Part shown: positions 62,277-64,000 of the stretch, in pieces | Numbering within the stretch: position 1 is the first letter of the stretch | Layout: each line of letters starts with the position of its first letter | Program-made: the position numbers and the translations under genes | Origin: a virus | Virus record (IMG/VR): IMGVR_UViG_3300032770_000001 | Coordinates: 187,931 to 251,930 of that record | Reading direction: 5' to 3' (one strand) | Length of the DNA stretch: 64,000 nt | The notes under the pieces: generated by a model | What the model was told of the DNA's origin: nothing | The model's input: the letters and a program-made list of their open reading frames with translations, nothing else | The model's database searches: none

Positions 62277-63294
62277 AATCGACTACTTCATTCACGATGA
62301 GATGTTGAAGGATCGGGCGCTCGTCCGTTCTATTGTCATCCGCGATGTTACTGCCGATGACGCGGAGCAGAAGTTGGCTCAGCATCTCGGTTTCGACCGC
62401 ACGTTCACCGTCATCCGCTCCTACCGCTTCTACAAGAAGCTGACAGCCGAACCCAAGAAGAAAGTCTACAAAGCAGTTGATGAACTGCTGTCGGCGAAGA
62501 AGGCCATTGAAGTCATGACGGAGATCGAGAATCGCAAGGCTCCAATTGTCATTCGCCCCGAAGACCTGCAAAAGGAAGAGCGCGTTGCCAAAGTCATGGA
62601 CGCAATCGCTGCTGTTGATCCAACCACGCTGCCTCCCGATCATCCGGAACATGTCTGCTCTGACGAGTGTTACGACATCGTGGAAGTCGCACCCAAGGAC
62701 GTGAAACTGCCTGCTGAATATTTTGACACGTCCGATTGTTCTGCTGGTCGTCCGGCACCCATGCCAACGGCTCCAACGGGAACTTGTGAGGCAACTGCCG
62801 CCGCGATCAAGCTGCTATCCACGCTGAACGCCTGCAAGTGGCATGGCGAAAAGTACGTCGATCAGGATACGGGTCGATGCACCGCTCTCGACTCCGGTTC
62901 TGAGTACCTGAAAACCCTGTACAGTGCGAACTTCTATCCGACGAAGGCGTTGCCGAAAGAGACGGAAGTCCGCACGGCATTCGGCGGCCCGGTTGAACAT
63001 TACGCGGCAGCCGAAGCCGCCGCACTGTCTTTTCCAGATAAACCAGTGGTGCCGACGCAGCCTGCTGTGTTCGATGACAACGATCTGGCTGCCAAGCTGG
63101 ACGAACTTGCGCCAATTATCCATCCTCCGGCAAAGACGGAATCGCCGTTCGAGGTTGGTTCCGAGTTTCCGGCTGAGGAAGTTGTGCAAGAAGTTTTGAC
63201 GGGTCACAAGAAGGGTGCCCTGTTTGCGGCTGGGGCGGCGATCATCGCGATCCTCGGCTGCGTGTACGTTTACCTTCACTATTTCGCGAGGTAG
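62206..63294 (+). CDS. Hypothetical protein with C-terminal transmembrane anchor
   Basis: C-terminal GALFAAGAAIIAILGCVYVYLHYF; start uncertain (Met candidates at 62206, 62215, 62227). Confidence 0.4.
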   Translation: MEGMYTRMPESKPKRKQDKQRPYRIDYFIHDEMLKDRALVRSIVIRDVTADDAEQKLAQHLGFDRTFTVIRSYRFYKKLTAEPKKKVYKAVDELLSAKKAIEVMTEIENRKAPIVIRPEDLQKEERVAKVMDAIAAVDPTTLPPDHPEHVCSDECYDIVEVAPKDVKLPAEYFDTSDCSAGRPAPMPTAPTGTCEATAAAIKLLSTLNACKWHGEKYVDQDTGRCTALDSGSEYLKTLYSANFYPTKALPKETEVRTAFGGPVEHYAAAEAAALSFPDKPVVPTQPAVFDDNDLAAKLDELAPIIHPPAKTESPFEVGSEFPAEEVVQEVLTGHKKGALFAAGAAIIAILGCVYVYLHYFAR

Positions 63295-63371
63295 GCATGT
63301 TGGGTGACGATTGCAAGAACCCGCAAGGCCGACACGGGCGAAGTTACTAGCCAAAAGGTCCTAGTCGGCAA

Positions 63372-63584
63372 ATGATCTACCCACCAGCCAACGCAGAATT
63401 GCGTGACTGTCCAAAGTGTCGCGGCAAAGAAACCGTCTGGGCTCGGACAGTCACGATCTGTGGCATGGCGTTCAGTTACAAAGCGTGGTGCTGCTCCGAA
63501 CTGGACTGTGATTATGAAGAGCCCTTGAAGCACACCCATCTACCCGGTACTCGCGACGATTCTTGTCCAGCTTGTGATCTTTAG
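63372..63584 (+). CDS. Zinc-ribbon protein
   Basis: CPKCRGKE...CPACDL. Confidence 0.4.
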   Translation: MIYPPANAELRDCPKCRGKETVWARTVTICGMAFSYKAWCCSELDCDYEEPLKHTHLPGTRDDSCPACDL

Positions 63585-63614
63585 ACTATTCGCCCCTCTT
63601 AGGTGAGGGGTGAT

Positions 63615-64000
63615 GTGAATTACTACATCGTCGAAGCGTCCCACCTATTCCGGGCTGGGGACAAATTCCAAACACAATTTTTCGTTGTGGACGTTGTTGG
63701 CTTTCTGAACCGAGAGTATTTCGATTCCAGAGAGTCTAAAACAATTGTTCTCCACGGCTCCGTAAAAGCGGAGCAGGCGGACCGTTACGCCGCCGCGTTA
63801 GAGCGCCATGATGTGCGGGTCATCCGCATGAAACCGATTGCCAGTATGACGGGCAACGGTAAGTGGTATTTCAAACCGACTTGGTACTGCCACAGGATGA
63901 TGGGTACCGATATTCCGAAAGGAAATCGGGTTGTACTTGTGGGTTTTCATAACCCGCGCTACAAAACCTTCATCGAAAAGTACGTGAAGGATTTTGAAAT
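63615..64000 (+). CDS. Hypothetical protein (3' partial, runs off window)
   Basis: Open frame to the window end; GTG start with a GAGGGG Shine-Dalgarno 4 nt upstream. Confidence 0.3.
   Translation, partial: MNYYIVEASHLFRAGDKFQTQFFVVDVVGFLNREYFDSRESKTIVLHGSVKAEQADRYAAALERHDVRVIRMKPIASMTGNGKWYFKPTWYCHRMMGTDIPKGNRVVLVGFHNPRYKTFIEKYVKDFE

Noticed and set aside
63591-63611. Hairpin CCCCTC-ttaggt-GAGGGG after the stop at 63584
   Set aside because: No downstream T-tract, so it is not a convincing intrinsic terminator. The 3' arm doubles as the Shine-Dalgarno of the next ORF, so at most a translational-occlusion element.
1-64000. CRISPR arrays, rRNA, integrase or attachment sites
   Set aside because: No regularly spaced direct repeats, rRNA-like segments, tyrosine or serine recombinase motifs, or attachment-site-like tRNA fragments were seen. 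Absence is by visual inspection only.

Overview
High-GC, gene-dense window that reads as a tailed-phage genome segment, probably a large lytic phage (no integrase or attachment site seen; a prophage cannot be excluded). Positions 268-12214 on the minus strand form a late structural block: a GT2-methyltransferase fusion, two giant repeat-rich tail-fibre-like genes (941 and 1779 aa) separated by an Endo VII-type HNH nuclease, and three small proteins with related N-termini (tandem paralogs). From 12386 to the end, about 110 tightly packed plus-strand genes with ATGA/TAATG start-stop overlaps form an early/middle-type accessory block. Recognisable in that block: a T4-like tRNA heal-and-seal module (Pnkp, Rnl1-family RNA ligase, CCA-adding enzyme) next to peptide deformylase; a compact topoisomerase VI-A/Spo11-like protein translationally coupled to an HNH nuclease; a SNF2 helicase; an SPFH/band-7 protein; a MerC-like membrane protein; a minimal class II aminoacyl-tRNA-synthetase-like core; a CX5R dual-specificity phosphatase; an HD-GYP-like protein with a degenerate GYP motif; and a nucleotide-metabolism cluster (MazG-like, nucleoside deoxyribosyltransferase-like, Nudix, ThyX-like, dCMP deaminase, HD proteins). 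A 740-aa protein with a C-terminal TerD-like domain sits behind a 500-bp structured leader (direct repeats plus GC hairpins) and is followed by a textbook intrinsic terminator. Two recurrent promoter-like motifs were found: an extended -10 CTGGTA(G/T)AAT class (6-7 copies) and a GTAGTATTATCCA(A)TGT class that abuts the start codon (2 copies, leaderless-type). No tRNA, rRNA or CRISPR was detected by eye. Manual base indexing can be off by about 1 nt relative to the ORF track in some lines.
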